Shown here piece after piece: positions 20,721 to 30,316 of a stretch of 64,000 nucleotides of DNA (its first letter is position 1; the number at the start of each line of letters is the position of its first letter). Source of the stretch: Fidelibacterota bacterium MT.SAG.2. Lineage in GTDB: Bacteria > Fidelibacterota > SORT01. The translations under genes were made by a program, and so were the position numbers. The stretch spans positions 24,908-88,907 of the forward strand of contig SORU01000001.1 in NCBI GenBank assembly GCA_004402915.1, read 5' to 3'. The notes below the pieces were generated by a model, which was not told where the DNA came from, did not search any database, and saw only the letters and a list, made by a program, of their open reading frames with translations.

Positions 20721-21425
20721 TCATTTTCCTTCGACACTTCTTGTGCCGCTTAATCCTCCCGGTTGATATGCGGATAGCCTATAGAGACCATCAAGGAGTT
20801 GATTTGTTCTGACGTAACGTCCCTCACTCCGTTGTGACATCTCGTTGATAGACCGTCCTATAAGAGTTAGATCCTGTCTCCTTAACAGCGCAAACTGATT
20901 AGCCAGGTCATTTACCACGGCAATATTTTCGTTTCTAGTACGCTCTTCGCTGGCAAGAAGAAGTCGATTCGTAAATACAAGATTTTCCTGCTGCAATCGT
21001 TTGATATCGGCGATCAGTGTGCTCTCTTCCATTTGGTTTTCCATCTTAGCGTTGCTGCCGAATGAAATATACCAGGAGCCGTTACGATAAATCGCCTCAG
21101 TTCGCAATATACCGGTAAACAGAACTACAAGAAGAAGCGTAGTGATCATTCCAAATACAAGTTGTCTTGGACTGATTCCGATCAGATCGAGTTTTCCGAA
21201 GAGTCTTTCAAAGAAGGGTATTTTTTCCTCAATGAAAACCAAATTCATCTCTGCATCTTCTTCTTTCCACCTGCCGAGAGCTGCGGATGTTTCCCGCAGG
21301 TTTTTATATTTTACTTCGCATGATTTGCACGTAGATATATGCTCAAACGCAAATTCCTTCTCCCCTTCGTTCAGCTCATTGTAAAGTAGATCGGCAAACA
21401 GCAACTCCATTTTATCACACTTCAT
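20721..21425 (-). CDS. Zinc-binding transmembrane anti-sigma factor (zf-HC2)
   Basis: HISTCKSC = HxxxCxxC; one TM helix; overlaps the sigma gene stop. Confidence 0.85.
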   Translation of the reverse strand: MKCDKMELLFADLLYNELNEGEKEFAFEHISTCKSCEVKYKNLRETSAALGRWKEEDAEMNLVFIEEKIPFFERLFGKLDLIGISPRQLVFGMITTLLLVVLFTGILRTEAIYRNGSWYISFGSNAKMENQMEESTLIADIKRLQQENLVFTNRLLLASEERTRNENIAVVNDLANQFALLRRQDLTLIGRSINEMSQRSEGRYVRTNQLLDGLYRLSAYQPGGLSGTRSVEGK

Positions 21426-22017
21426 ATTGAAATACCTCCTTATCGATCTCAAGCTCTGCTAACGCTTTCCTGAGAGCGTTTAATCCGTAATACATTCTTG
21501 ACTTAATAGTGTTGAGCGGTTCTTGTAATATTTCAGAAATCTCTCTGAATTTTAACCCCTGATATTCTTTCATTATAATAACTATTCGTTGCTCCTCCGG
21601 TATCATTTTCAGACCCTTACGGATTATTTCCGCTACTTCCCCCTGACATAGCTCGTCGGCTATATCGCTTGAACCGTCTGAAAGAAAATCTTTCAGTTCC
21701 ATCTCCTCTCCGGTGCTGGTTCTGATCTTTTCATGTATAGAAATAGTCGGCGAGCGTTTATTTTTTCTCATTTCGTCACGGCAATGGTTCATCGCAATTT
21801 GATGGATCCATGCCGAAAATTTCTGCTTATCTTTTAGCTTCCTCAAATTTTTATAAACTTTTATAAATGTTTTTTGTGTAACGTCCTTAGCGTCTTCTCT
21901 CTTGCCAAGTACTTTAAAAACAAAGTTATAGATTCTGTTCTGCCAACGGTTCACCAAGACGTTGAACGCCTGAACGTCTCCGTCAATGAACTTCAGTATA
22001 AGTTGGCTATCTTCCAT
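21415..22017 (-). CDS. ECF RNA polymerase sigma factor
   Basis: Region 2 DAKDVTQKTFIK and FSAWIHQIAMN; region 4 FREISEIL..PLNTIKSR. Confidence 0.93.
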   Translation of the reverse strand: MEDSQLILKFIDGDVQAFNVLVNRWQNRIYNFVFKVLGKREDAKDVTQKTFIKVYKNLRKLKDKQKFSAWIHQIAMNHCRDEMRKNKRSPTISIHEKIRTSTGEEMELKDFLSDGSSDIADELCQGEVAEIIRKGLKMIPEEQRIVIIMKEYQGLKFREISEILQEPLNTIKSRMYYGLNALRKALAELEIDKEVFQYEV

Positions 22018-22184
22018 ATCTTCCTATTCTACACTATTAATGACTCAATTCCCGCTTGTAAAGTTGCAATTATAAACAAGATATTCTATTCAGTCAAAAA
22101 TGAGCAAGAATTATTGAAATGTTGTTATTGAACAAATTTTATCATGAAGTAAGACATAATGTTCTCAACACTCTTAGAGATTTC

Positions 22185-22254
22185 GTGGCAGTCAGGACTT
22201 GTCCTGACGCTTTTGGAAAAGAGTTTCGCGGTCAGGATAAATCCTGACTCGCAC
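22185..22254. repeat. REP-like inverted doublet, copy 1
   Basis: GTGGCA-GTCAGGACTTGTCCTGAC ... GTCAGGATAAATCCTGAC-TCGCAC; homologous to 33453-33523 in reverse orientation. Confidence 0.75.
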
Positions 22255-22381
22255 ACTAAATAATAATAATCGAAAACAATTTTATCGTTTTTAATATCTT
22301 ATACATTGAAATAACTTTTATGGAAACAACGTAAATAGTGAAAAAGGGAGCTTGAATTAAATATGCCAACGGAGGTAAAAA

Positions 22382-22783
22382 ATGAAACGCGCAATATTAA
22401 CCACACTGATGTCAGCCGTATTAGCGGCGGGATTGACAGTGGGAGCGGTCAACCTTGCGACGGCAGAAGAAAACAATACAAAAAAGCTCATCAAGGCGCT
22501 GACTTCCGATAACCTCGGATGGAGAGTCAGCGCAGCACAAATTCTCGGCGACAATCAGGAAGAAAGAGCGGTGAAACCGCTTATTAGGATGTTGAACAAT
22601 GATTTTTCTTATGCTGCACGACTATCCGCGGCAGTAGCTCTTGCGAAGATAGGCGATAAAAAGGCGTTAAGAGCGCTGAAAAAAGTATCTAAACACGATC
22701 GGAATCAAACGGTTAGGACTGTTGCTTTAGGAGCTCATGAGATGTTAGAGAATAGCAACGCACAGCTTGCATCAGAAAAATAA
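22382..22783 (+). CDS. Secreted HEAT-repeat protein
   Basis: Signal peptide; repeats RVSAAQILG, RLSAAVALAKIGD, RTVALGA; RBS GGAGG. Confidence 0.85.
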   Translation: MKRAILTTLMSAVLAAGLTVGAVNLATAEENNTKKLIKALTSDNLGWRVSAAQILGDNQEERAVKPLIRMLNNDFSYAARLSAAVALAKIGDKKALRALKKVSKHDRNQTVRTVALGAHEMLENSNAQLASEK

Positions 22784-22804
22784 TCTGCTGTAAAAAAGTC
22801 ATTC

Positions 22805-22834
22805 AGCCCGCTTTCTATTCTAAGCGGGCTTTTT
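22805..22834 (+). terminator. Intrinsic terminator
   Basis: AGCCCGCTT/AAGCGGGCT stem followed by TTTT. Confidence 0.75.
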
Positions 22835-22877
22835 ATTTCTTTTGATTGAACTTTGAATTCCATAATATTTCCCGATC

Positions 22878-23294
22878 ATGGATTCAGGTAAATCTAATTA
22901 CAAAGAAAACAAATCAGATTTCTCCGAAAGCGTGGAAAGATTGAATCGGAGGGCGATTTTCGATTTCTCTGTTTTAACGATAGTTACACAGCTGGTTCTC
23001 GCTTTTCTGTATCCGGACAATTCTGATGTTTTTCTTTTGCTCTCTCTGCCGTATTTGATTCCGGCAATACTCTCAAAGTCCAATAAAGGCGCAGTTTATC
23101 CTGTCACATTAGCTATAGCCGTTATTTCAATCTTTATTGGTCTACTAAACGGATATTTCCTGATTTCTTTAAAAGAATGGGTCGTGTTCTTCAAAAAAGG
23201 CTACACTCTTCGCTTCTTGGAACTGTCATACCTTATTTTACTTACGGGCTATATAGGTATGGTATACTTTTCGGTGAGGAAATATTTTTTTTAG
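22878..23294 (+). CDS. Hypothetical membrane protein (about 4 TM)
   Basis: 138 aa hydrophobic ORF. Confidence 0.6.
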   Translation: MDSGKSNYKENKSDFSESVERLNRRAIFDFSVLTIVTQLVLAFLYPDNSDVFLLLSLPYLIPAILSKSNKGAVYPVTLAIAVISIFIGLLNGYFLISLKEWVVFFKKGYTLRFLELSYLILLTGYIGMVYFSVRKYFF

Positions 23295-23307
23295 CAATTA
23301 GTTTGAA

Positions 23308-24216
23308 TCAGATACCTATCCCGAAGCTTATCTGGTGCGTATCGCCGAGGTTGAAATCGAAGGGGAGGTAGGCGTAATCAAAAGAGTATCGGTTTAGTCT
23401 GATGCCGATACCTGCCGTGATGCCGGAGGAATTTTCGGAGTTGCGTCTATAGCCGCCCCGCAAGCTGAGCATATCGTTGTGAATCAGTTCTCCGCCGAGC
23501 CGAACAAATGAATCGGATTCTAAATATTTACCGATGTCAAATGCCCAATTGAATCTGAGAGAAGTTGTCGGATCAAAACCGCTGCTCAGACCACCCGTAA
23601 TTCGTGTCGGCAGCGATGTTGATTCGTTACTCAGCGTTGACATGCTTCCGAGGTCTTTCAGAACTAAGGCGGATTTAAGATTAAAGAAATTGAGATTTTT
23701 AATCAGACCGAAATCAAGAGCAAACCCGTTTGCGGAGTAAATATGGATTTTTTCGTAGAGAAACTTTGCGGTAGCTCCTATCTTCAAATTACCATTCACA
23801 GCTGTCGCGGCACTGAATGCCATTGCCAATGAATTCGAGCTGAAATAACCCAACGGTTCCACAGTGGGACGTTCATCCCGCCTTTCGATATCGCCCACAC
23901 CGGATAGAGCAACACTTAGCCCGAAGTTCAGTTTATCTGAAGGAATATTCAGACCGAGAAATTGATTGTTGGAGCCGGCAAGCCACTCTTGATTAGAAAA
24001 GATGACGTTCATCCTGTCGGAAACGGCTATTCCGGCTGGATTCCAGTACGCCGCCGATGCGTCTGAAGCGTTGGCGACCGCCGCCCCGCCCATTGCCGAA
24101 GAGGCTGCATCCACACCGATTTTAAGGAACGACATACCGGTTGCAGCGCCGTCTCCGGCATAGAGGAAAGTTTGGAACAGCAGAAAAGCAACCGAAATGT
24201 TAATAAAATTTCTCAT
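23308..24216 (-). CDS. PorV-family outer-membrane beta-barrel
   Basis: FLKIGVDA...MGGA...AYWNPAG N-terminal motif; LRGGY, FDYAY..LGDTHQIS. Confidence 0.85.
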   Translation of the reverse strand: MRNFINISVAFLLFQTFLYAGDGAATGMSFLKIGVDAASSAMGGAAVANASDASAAYWNPAGIAVSDRMNVIFSNQEWLAGSNNQFLGLNIPSDKLNFGLSVALSGVGDIERRDERPTVEPLGYFSSNSLAMAFSAATAVNGNLKIGATAKFLYEKIHIYSANGFALDFGLIKNLNFFNLKSALVLKDLGSMSTLSNESTSLPTRITGGLSSGFDPTTSLRFNWAFDIGKYLESDSFVRLGGELIHNDMLSLRGGYRRNSENSSGITAGIGIRLNRYSFDYAYLPFDFNLGDTHQISFGIGI

Positions 24217-25140
24217 TTAGAATATAAACTCCCAACTGAACAAATGAGTTCCCCCTTCGCCGACAAATTCCGGCTGAAAAGCATAATCTATGTTCGTATA
24301 AATTCCTTCAGATACAAAATAATACAGCCCGCCACCAAATGAGACAGAGGCGTCATCAATGCCGAATCTCAGCGAATAGAGTTCATTTCGTTGATACTCT
24401 ACGCCGAAACGGAAACGTTCCTCCTGCCGTTGGTTAAACTCCAAAGAGGATGCGATCAATAACCGGTTATCAAGCAAGTACGAACCGCCAATGTGAACGC
24501 TGTAGGGGATCTCATCGGTTGATTTTGTTCCGAATTCAAAAATCTTTTGGGTGTCCCATGTCAACCCGCCGTTATAATCCTTTAAGGTCACGCCCAAGCG
24601 CAGCGCGTCGAATGGAATAACCATAATACCGAAATCGAAAGCCAAGTCGTTTGCGTTGAGTTTTTCATCAACCAGGTCAAGTGATTGAGTCAGAATTTTC
24701 ATCGTGAGACCTAATGCCAACTTTTCGTGAAATTTATTCGAGAATGATATTCCAAATGCGTTCATGTTTTCGCTGTAATCGAACGTATGATTCCCCGACA
24801 GGTCCCGCCCGTCAATATTATCCGTGCCCGCGCCAAGCCAATATATCGAAAGCCCCGCAGTCGGTTTCAGGTTCTGGGAGTAAGAGATAAAATGGAACTG
24901 CCTGTGGAGCGTTAGGAACGAGTAAGTCGTAACAAAATGTCTCTTGGTTAAGAATGGGAGACCCGCCGGATTGTAGTACGCCGCGAATCCATCGTCAGCC
25001 ACTGCCGTGTGCGCTCCGCCCATCGATATTCCTCTCGCGCCGAGACCCATTCGCAGGAACGGAGCGGCAAAGCCGCCGTCACCCTGAGCAAATAGCGTAG
25101 CTGGCAGAAGAAGCAAAAATAGTGAAAATATTTTTATCAT
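24217..25140 (-). CDS. PorV-family outer-membrane beta-barrel
   Basis: FLRMGLGARGISMGGA..AVADD..AAYYNPAGL; terminal F. Confidence 0.85.
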   Translation of the reverse strand: MIKIFSLFLLLLPATLFAQGDGGFAAPFLRMGLGARGISMGGAHTAVADDGFAAYYNPAGLPFLTKRHFVTTYSFLTLHRQFHFISYSQNLKPTAGLSIYWLGAGTDNIDGRDLSGNHTFDYSENMNAFGISFSNKFHEKLALGLTMKILTQSLDLVDEKLNANDLAFDFGIMVIPFDALRLGVTLKDYNGGLTWDTQKIFEFGTKSTDEIPYSVHIGGSYLLDNRLLIASSLEFNQRQEERFRFGVEYQRNELYSLRFGIDDASVSFGGGLYYFVSEGIYTNIDYAFQPEFVGEGGTHLFSWEFIF

Positions 25141-25141
25141 A

Positions 25142-26740
25142 TTATTCGATCACCATAACTTTACCCCAAAGCGCTTCTTCTCTGCCGGAGACGCTTCTGA
25201 TGGATATTTTGTAAAAATAAGTGCCGTTGGCAACGATATTCCCGAATCCGTTCCTGCCTGTCCAAACCTCATCCCATTCGCTCGCATTGCGCAGGACTCC
25301 CTTCACGGGTTCGGCTACCAATGTCATTGAAAAATCATACACGCTTATAGATACGGTGGATTCTTCGGAAAGTGAATAATGAAACCGGACGTGACCATCT
25401 CCTCCAAATGTGTTATGCCTTGCCGGAGAAAACGGATTAGGATATGAATACGTGCGTACGCTTCCCGGTTCGGATGTTGATTTTTGAGCACGAAGAATAG
25501 TCCATGTGAAACCGTCATTATCGGTATGAACGAGTCCGTCCGCTGTTCCAGCCCATAATCTTTTATCGGGCATTACGATTGCGGAATAGACCGTTTGAGT
25601 ATAGAGGGGAGTATCAGTTTCCCGGTCTGTTATATCCGAGAAAGATGCCCATGTGATACCGCCGTCAACAGACTTGAAAAGACCGCTGTCCGCCGCGGCA
25701 TATAGAACAGAATCATCTGAGGCGAAATTCCAAACCCTTTGACCGCGCAAAACAGTTCGCCATGATATGCCTCCGTCTTTGGTAAGCGAGACACCGAGAA
25801 ATTCACCTGCGACTGTGGGTCGAGTTGCCGCAAGAATAGTCTCTTCACCATTCCATTGGTGCCGGTGAAGAGAAACTGCCCAATCTCCGCTTATTCCGCT
25901 TCTGTTCCGGCTTGTAAATTTATACCATGAAACGCCGCCGTCGATAGAACGGTTGATGCCTCCCGCCGTTCCTACTATTACGGTATCACCCCACGCTATG
26001 ACGGAAAAGGGCCGATGATTAAAGCTGCCCGTAACGCCGAAAAAAGTGTTATTTACAGGGCTGAGGTCGAAATCGTGAATCGAAGAATCGGTCAGCACAT
26101 CTTCCTCGTCAGGAGGAAGCACGATCCGTTTCCATGTAGCGCCGAAGTCGGTTGAAGAACGAACGCCGCCTGCGAACGAAGTTATATAAATCGTTGTATC
26201 TTCCGTAATTGCTATCGCTATATCAAATGTAACGTTATCAACGTCAATGACGATCGGGAGCGCGTCAATCGTATCACCGAATATAATTTCAAACAGTGCG
26301 TCATCCGCATCTTTAGGCTGATCGATATGAGTCCAGCTGAATCCGTTGTCCATAGAAATGGTTAAACCGCTTCCAGTGCCGTTAGATTCCTCTACATCAG
26401 GATCGTCAAATGCATTTGCGACGATCACTATATCTCCCATAACGGCGAGAGCTGAAACTCCTCCCTTTCCAATGTCGAGTTCATCACGAGGAATGTATTC
26501 TTCAAATGTTGTTCCGTTGTCAGACGTAAAATTCAGACCTTTGCCTGTCCCGATCCAGATGGAATTAAGGTTTCCCATTTTCAAGTCGGTTACCGAGTTG
26601 CCGAGCAAACGCGCGCTTTTGTGGAGAGTCGAATGCCCATCTAAATTAAAGTCCCTTATCTGCTGCGCAAAAGAGAGACGGCTCAAAGAGAAAAGAATTA
26701 AGAGAGACGTGAGCAGAGTTGTTTTCGTAAACAGCTTCAT
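25142..26740 (-). CDS. BNR/Asp-box beta-propeller protein with T9SS-type C-terminal domain
   Basis: Repeated SxDGGxxW Asp-boxes; CTD YPNPFSP...ANGTYFY...GKVMVIE. Confidence 0.8.
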   Translation of the reverse strand: MKLFTKTTLLTSLLILFSLSRLSFAQQIRDFNLDGHSTLHKSARLLGNSVTDLKMGNLNSIWIGTGKGLNFTSDNGTTFEEYIPRDELDIGKGGVSALAVMGDIVIVANAFDDPDVEESNGTGSGLTISMDNGFSWTHIDQPKDADDALFEIIFGDTIDALPIVIDVDNVTFDIAIAITEDTTIYITSFAGGVRSSTDFGATWKRIVLPPDEEDVLTDSSIHDFDLSPVNNTFFGVTGSFNHRPFSVIAWGDTVIVGTAGGINRSIDGGVSWYKFTSRNRSGISGDWAVSLHRHQWNGEETILAATRPTVAGEFLGVSLTKDGGISWRTVLRGQRVWNFASDDSVLYAAADSGLFKSVDGGITWASFSDITDRETDTPLYTQTVYSAIVMPDKRLWAGTADGLVHTDNDGFTWTILRAQKSTSEPGSVRTYSYPNPFSPARHNTFGGDGHVRFHYSLSEESTVSISVYDFSMTLVAEPVKGVLRNASEWDEVWTGRNGFGNIVANGTYFYKISIRSVSGREEALWGKVMVIE

Positions 26741-26741
26741 G

Positions 26742-27551
26742 CTAGTCTATCAGTGTTACGGTTACTTTGAGTGTATCACTTTTCAGACCTGCAAAATCTT
26801 CGGCTTTTATCAAGAAATCGAAAATTCCCGTCTTTCCATCTTCATTGGCTGGATTGGTAGGCTGCGTAACGGAGTAAATTCCGTTACCGGCGATTTTATC
26901 ACCAAACAATCCGTCATCCCTCATAACGAAAGTAACATCTTGTTTGAGGGTAGAGTCGTTATGGATAAATACATCGTAAGTGACTTTCCGAATATCCGAT
27001 AAACCGTTTGAATCTGAGACGGCAACTTCTATGAATATGTTGTCGCCAAGAGCTACAGAATCTGTCATTGAGAATAAGGCAATTTTAGGCGGATAGTTCG
27101 TGATATCCAAGAGTAGTTCGAAATTATCAGCCGCATTTGAATCAAAATCAAAGGCGGAAATCAGAAACCGGAAACTTCCAAGCCCTGAATCAGTGAGTGA
27201 ATGGGAGAGAAGAGCTGAAAATCTCCCGTCTCCGCGGATAATGTCGCCGTTGATCCCACTGTCATTCAGCGCGCCTGTAAGAGAATCGACCCGCCCAGTC
27301 TTGAACGCTTTAAATGTTACCGAGGCAACAGTTGGCAGACCCTGTGGATCCGATAAAAGAGCTTCCAAGAAAAAACGTTGCGTGATATCATTATATTCTG
27401 CCCGAACACTATCAATAGACGGCGAAACTGATAGAGTGTCGGTGTCGTCTGTTTCGATGGGGAAATTCTCTTCGCAGGAACTGACCAACACAAAAAGTGA
27501 AATCAGCACGACGAGTGTTCGCGCCTGAGTATAAAAATATGTTTTATTCAT
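26742..27551 (-). CDS. Lipoprotein with two choice-of-anchor-X-like repeats
   Basis: Lipobox VSSC; LNDSGINGD...GDGRFS and MRDDGLFGD..AGNGIYS; start moved to ATG 27551, downstream of the promoter. Confidence 0.7.
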   Translation of the reverse strand: MNKTYFYTQARTLVVLISLFVLVSSCEENFPIETDDTDTLSVSPSIDSVRAEYNDITQRFFLEALLSDPQGLPTVASVTFKAFKTGRVDSLTGALNDSGINGDIIRGDGRFSALLSHSLTDSGLGSFRFLISAFDFDSNAADNFELLLDITNYPPKIALFSMTDSVALGDNIFIEVAVSDSNGLSDIRKVTYDVFIHNDSTLKQDVTFVMRDDGLFGDKIAGNGIYSVTQPTNPANEDGKTGIFDFLIKAEDFAGLKSDTLKVTVTLID

Positions 27552-27568
27552 CGTAAAAATTTCGGGCA

Positions 27569-27597
27569 AATATACATGGAGTTAATGGATTTGTCAA
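27569..27597 (-). promoter_or_regulatory. Sigma70-type promoter of the lipoprotein-BNR-PorV-PorV operon
   Basis: TTGACA-N17-TATATT on the minus strand. Confidence 0.65.
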
Positions 27598-27721
27598 GCC
27601 GAATAAGAATTGCAGATGGATTGTCCCTCAAATATCTTAAATAATGCCGATTTCATTAAAGCTTGCGAAATGCAACCTAAAGGTTTAAACTCTCGTAACT
27701 GGTTTTATAAAATTGTTAATA

Positions 27722-28039
27722 ATGAAAAATTTTATGCACATACTTCTTATTCTGATAATCACTGCAATGGGCGCATTACAGTTTCTCGACCATCATTCAC
27801 TATGGGGGAATAATGAGCTTACGCTCTCCTCATGTGAAGAAGAGGAGCATAGTCATTCCAACAGCGTGAGAGACCATGTTTGCTTGTCGGCAAGAAGACA
27901 TCAATCAGACGCAATTCTCATTTCGGAACAATTTACGCATCGGCACGCTGAATTATCTCAACCGGTCTATTCAGAAAAGCTGATCCTGAACGACCGATAT
28001 TTTGCATCTCTCTTTGTTGAGAGAGCTCCCCCAGCTTAG
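27722..28039 (+). CDS. Exported His/Cys-rich leader protein ending in RAPP (CruR/CutF-like putative arrest peptide)
   Basis: Hydrophobic N-terminus, HH..C....HSH....HVC cluster, C-terminal ERAPPA. Confidence 0.7.
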   Translation: MKNFMHILLILIITAMGALQFLDHHSLWGNNELTLSSCEEEEHSHSNSVRDHVCLSARRHQSDAILISEQFTHRHAELSQPVYSEKLILNDRYFASLFVERAPPA

Positions 28040-28120
28040 AACTACTCTAATATCTTCCAAATAAATAATTGATTTTCTAATTGTCCGCAGGAAGCATCGC
28101 GGATTAAACGGAGTAATATT

Positions 28121-29323
28121 TTGAAACTATTATCTTTGATTTTATTAGTACTCAGCTTGAGCTCGGTAACACTGTTTGGTCAGGAAAATGAAACTGAAAG
28201 TTCCGCGGCTGACAGCGCAGATGCCGCCTTAGAAGCGGAATTAGCTAAAATGATGCTCGGAGATAAAGGCTCATCAAAACCGGTTCTGCGATCGTCTGTG
28301 CAGATTCCGACTGCAGTGGTCGGCGGCATAAGCAATATGAACCCGAATATCGGATTGATCAGCAAATTCAGCGCAGATGCTTTGGCAAATGGTGAAGCAG
28401 AGATCGGCGAAGGAAAGCGCTCGCCGGAAGGGTTTAGCTTTCACGAAGTCGAGCTTTCTTTTCAGATGGTAATTGACCCCTACGCCCGCGCGGATTTCTT
28501 TATAGCGTTCCTTCCCGAAGAAGGAGAGGTAGAATTGGAGGAGGCGTTTATCACGGTTTTTTCTCTGCCGTTTGACCTGAGAGCAAAAGCGGGAATAATT
28601 CGGACGAAGTTTGGCAGATTGAATCCGATCCATCCGCCTGAAGTAGTCTTTGTAGACTATCCGCTGCCGCTGGAAATGTATTTCGGCGGAGAAGGTTTGG
28701 TCGGCACAGGAGTTTCCATGAGCTACCTCATACCAAATAAGTGGGACCTCTTTTTGGAGGCGACATTTGAGGTGACAAACGGCGACAACGAAATGATATT
28801 CAACGGAAATTCAACGAACGATATGGCGTATAACGGACATTTCAGTTCTTTCTTCGATTTAGGTGATAACTCCGCATTATTGCTCGGCGGCACTGCCATG
28901 ACCGGCATTAATGACGATTTAGGGCTGTATAGAACGAAAGTTTACGGGATAGACCTTACATACAAATGGAAACCGCTACGGAGACAGCTTTACAAGTCTT
29001 TTACCTGGCAGACAGAATTCTTTTTCCTGGACAGGGAGGAAGCAGCACCTGAAAACCTGAAAGCAACCGGTTTTTATTCGTATATGAAATATCAACTCGG
29101 AAGACGATGGTTTGTCCTCGGACGGTATGACAGGGCTGAATTAACGGATAACCCGGGGAATGCCGATGAGAAATATGTAGCGGCATTGACCTACTTCCCG
29201 AGCAATTTTCAGACTATTAGATTGCAATCAACAACAAGTAAAGATTTTACCGGAGAGAGCAGCACGCTTGTGTCTCTGCAGTGGAATTTCGTAATCGGCG
29301 CTCACGGCGCACATATATATTAA
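28121..29323 (+). CDS. Outer-membrane beta-barrel associated with metal ABC transporter
   Basis: Signal peptide, NPNIG, EVEL...IDPY, FGRLNPIHP, C-terminal GAHGAH. Confidence 0.75.
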   Translation: MKLLSLILLVLSLSSVTLFGQENETESSAADSADAALEAELAKMMLGDKGSSKPVLRSSVQIPTAVVGGISNMNPNIGLISKFSADALANGEAEIGEGKRSPEGFSFHEVELSFQMVIDPYARADFFIAFLPEEGEVELEEAFITVFSLPFDLRAKAGIIRTKFGRLNPIHPPEVVFVDYPLPLEMYFGGEGLVGTGVSMSYLIPNKWDLFLEATFEVTNGDNEMIFNGNSTNDMAYNGHFSSFFDLGDNSALLLGGTAMTGINDDLGLYRTKVYGIDLTYKWKPLRRQLYKSFTWQTEFFFLDREEAAPENLKATGFYSYMKYQLGRRWFVLGRYDRAELTDNPGNADEKYVAALTYFPSNFQTIRLQSTTSKDFTGESSTLVSLQWNFVIGAHGAHIY

Positions 29324-29334
29324 ACGGAGTATTA

Positions 29335-30270
29335 ATGATGAATAGAATTAAAAAATTACTGTTTTCGATTATCCTGCTGATGTCAGTTTCAAATGTAGAA
29401 GCAAAGATACGCGTAGTCTCCACTTTGCCGAACTTCAGTGCGATAGCCAAAGAGATAGGCGGCGATAAAATAGAGGTGACAACTATTGCAAAAGGATATC
29501 AAAATCCTCACTTTATCGATCCGAAGCCAAGTTTCATAATTAAGATGAAAAAAACTGATATATTGGTTTGGGCCGGCTTGGACCTTGAAATATATTGGCT
29601 GACGCCGCTGCTTGAAAACTCTCGTAATTCGAATATTATGTGGGGTGCGCCGGGAAATGTTGATGCCTCAAAGGGTGTATCCCTTCTTGAAATACCCAAC
29701 ATCCCTGCCGCACAACTGAGAGCCGGGGGCGATATACATGTATACGGCAATCCACATTACTGGCACGATCCGCAGAACGGAAAGATTATTGCACGGAATA
29801 TCTACGATGCTTTCGTAAATGCATCTCCAAAGGATGCGGAATATTTTAAACGGAATTTAGAGGATTTTAACTCGAGATTGGATACGTCCATCAAAAAATG
29901 GCTGAAATTGATGGAACCGTTTAAGGGATGGAAAATAATTGCCTACCACAATTCGTGGCCATATTTGGAAGATCGGTTCGGTTTTGTGATCGTCGATTTC
30001 GTAGAGCCGAAACCCGGAATACCACCGAGTCCGAATCATTTAGTGAAATTAATTAAAAAGATGCGAAATCAGAATATTAAAATAATTATCATCTCACCGT
30101 ATTTCAGTGATAAGCCGGCGAAGGTTCTTGCCGACAAAGTGGGTGGGCAAGTTGTTTTGGTAGCCCCAAGCGTCGGTGCATTTGAAGGCGTGGATAGCTA
30201 CTTTGATCTGTTCGATTATAATTTGGGATCATTGGTAGACGCCTTCAAGTCTATGGATTCGAAGAATTAA
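29335..30270 (+). CDS. Zn/Mn ABC transporter substrate-binding protein (cluster A-I)
   Basis: NPH, GNPHYWHDP and YHNSW His ligands; EPKPGIPPSP. Confidence 0.9.
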   Translation: MMNRIKKLLFSIILLMSVSNVEAKIRVVSTLPNFSAIAKEIGGDKIEVTTIAKGYQNPHFIDPKPSFIIKMKKTDILVWAGLDLEIYWLTPLLENSRNSNIMWGAPGNVDASKGVSLLEIPNIPAAQLRAGGDIHVYGNPHYWHDPQNGKIIARNIYDAFVNASPKDAEYFKRNLEDFNSRLDTSIKKWLKLMEPFKGWKIIAYHNSWPYLEDRFGFVIVDFVEPKPGIPPSPNHLVKLIKKMRNQNIKIIIISPYFSDKPAKVLADKVGGQVVLVAPSVGAFEGVDSYFDLFDYNLGSLVDAFKSMDSKN

Positions 30271-30316
30271 ACAGTCGTATCATAACATGAAACAGCTTTA
30301 AATAGGAGATAAAAAG

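Noticed and set aside
26346..27528. Plus-strand ORFs of 218 and 142 aa
   Set aside because: Antisense shadows of well-supported minus-strand genes, with no motifs; the same applies to most short ORFs in the track
27600..27720. Zur/Fur box upstream of the metal operon
   Set aside because: No convincing palindrome found by eye
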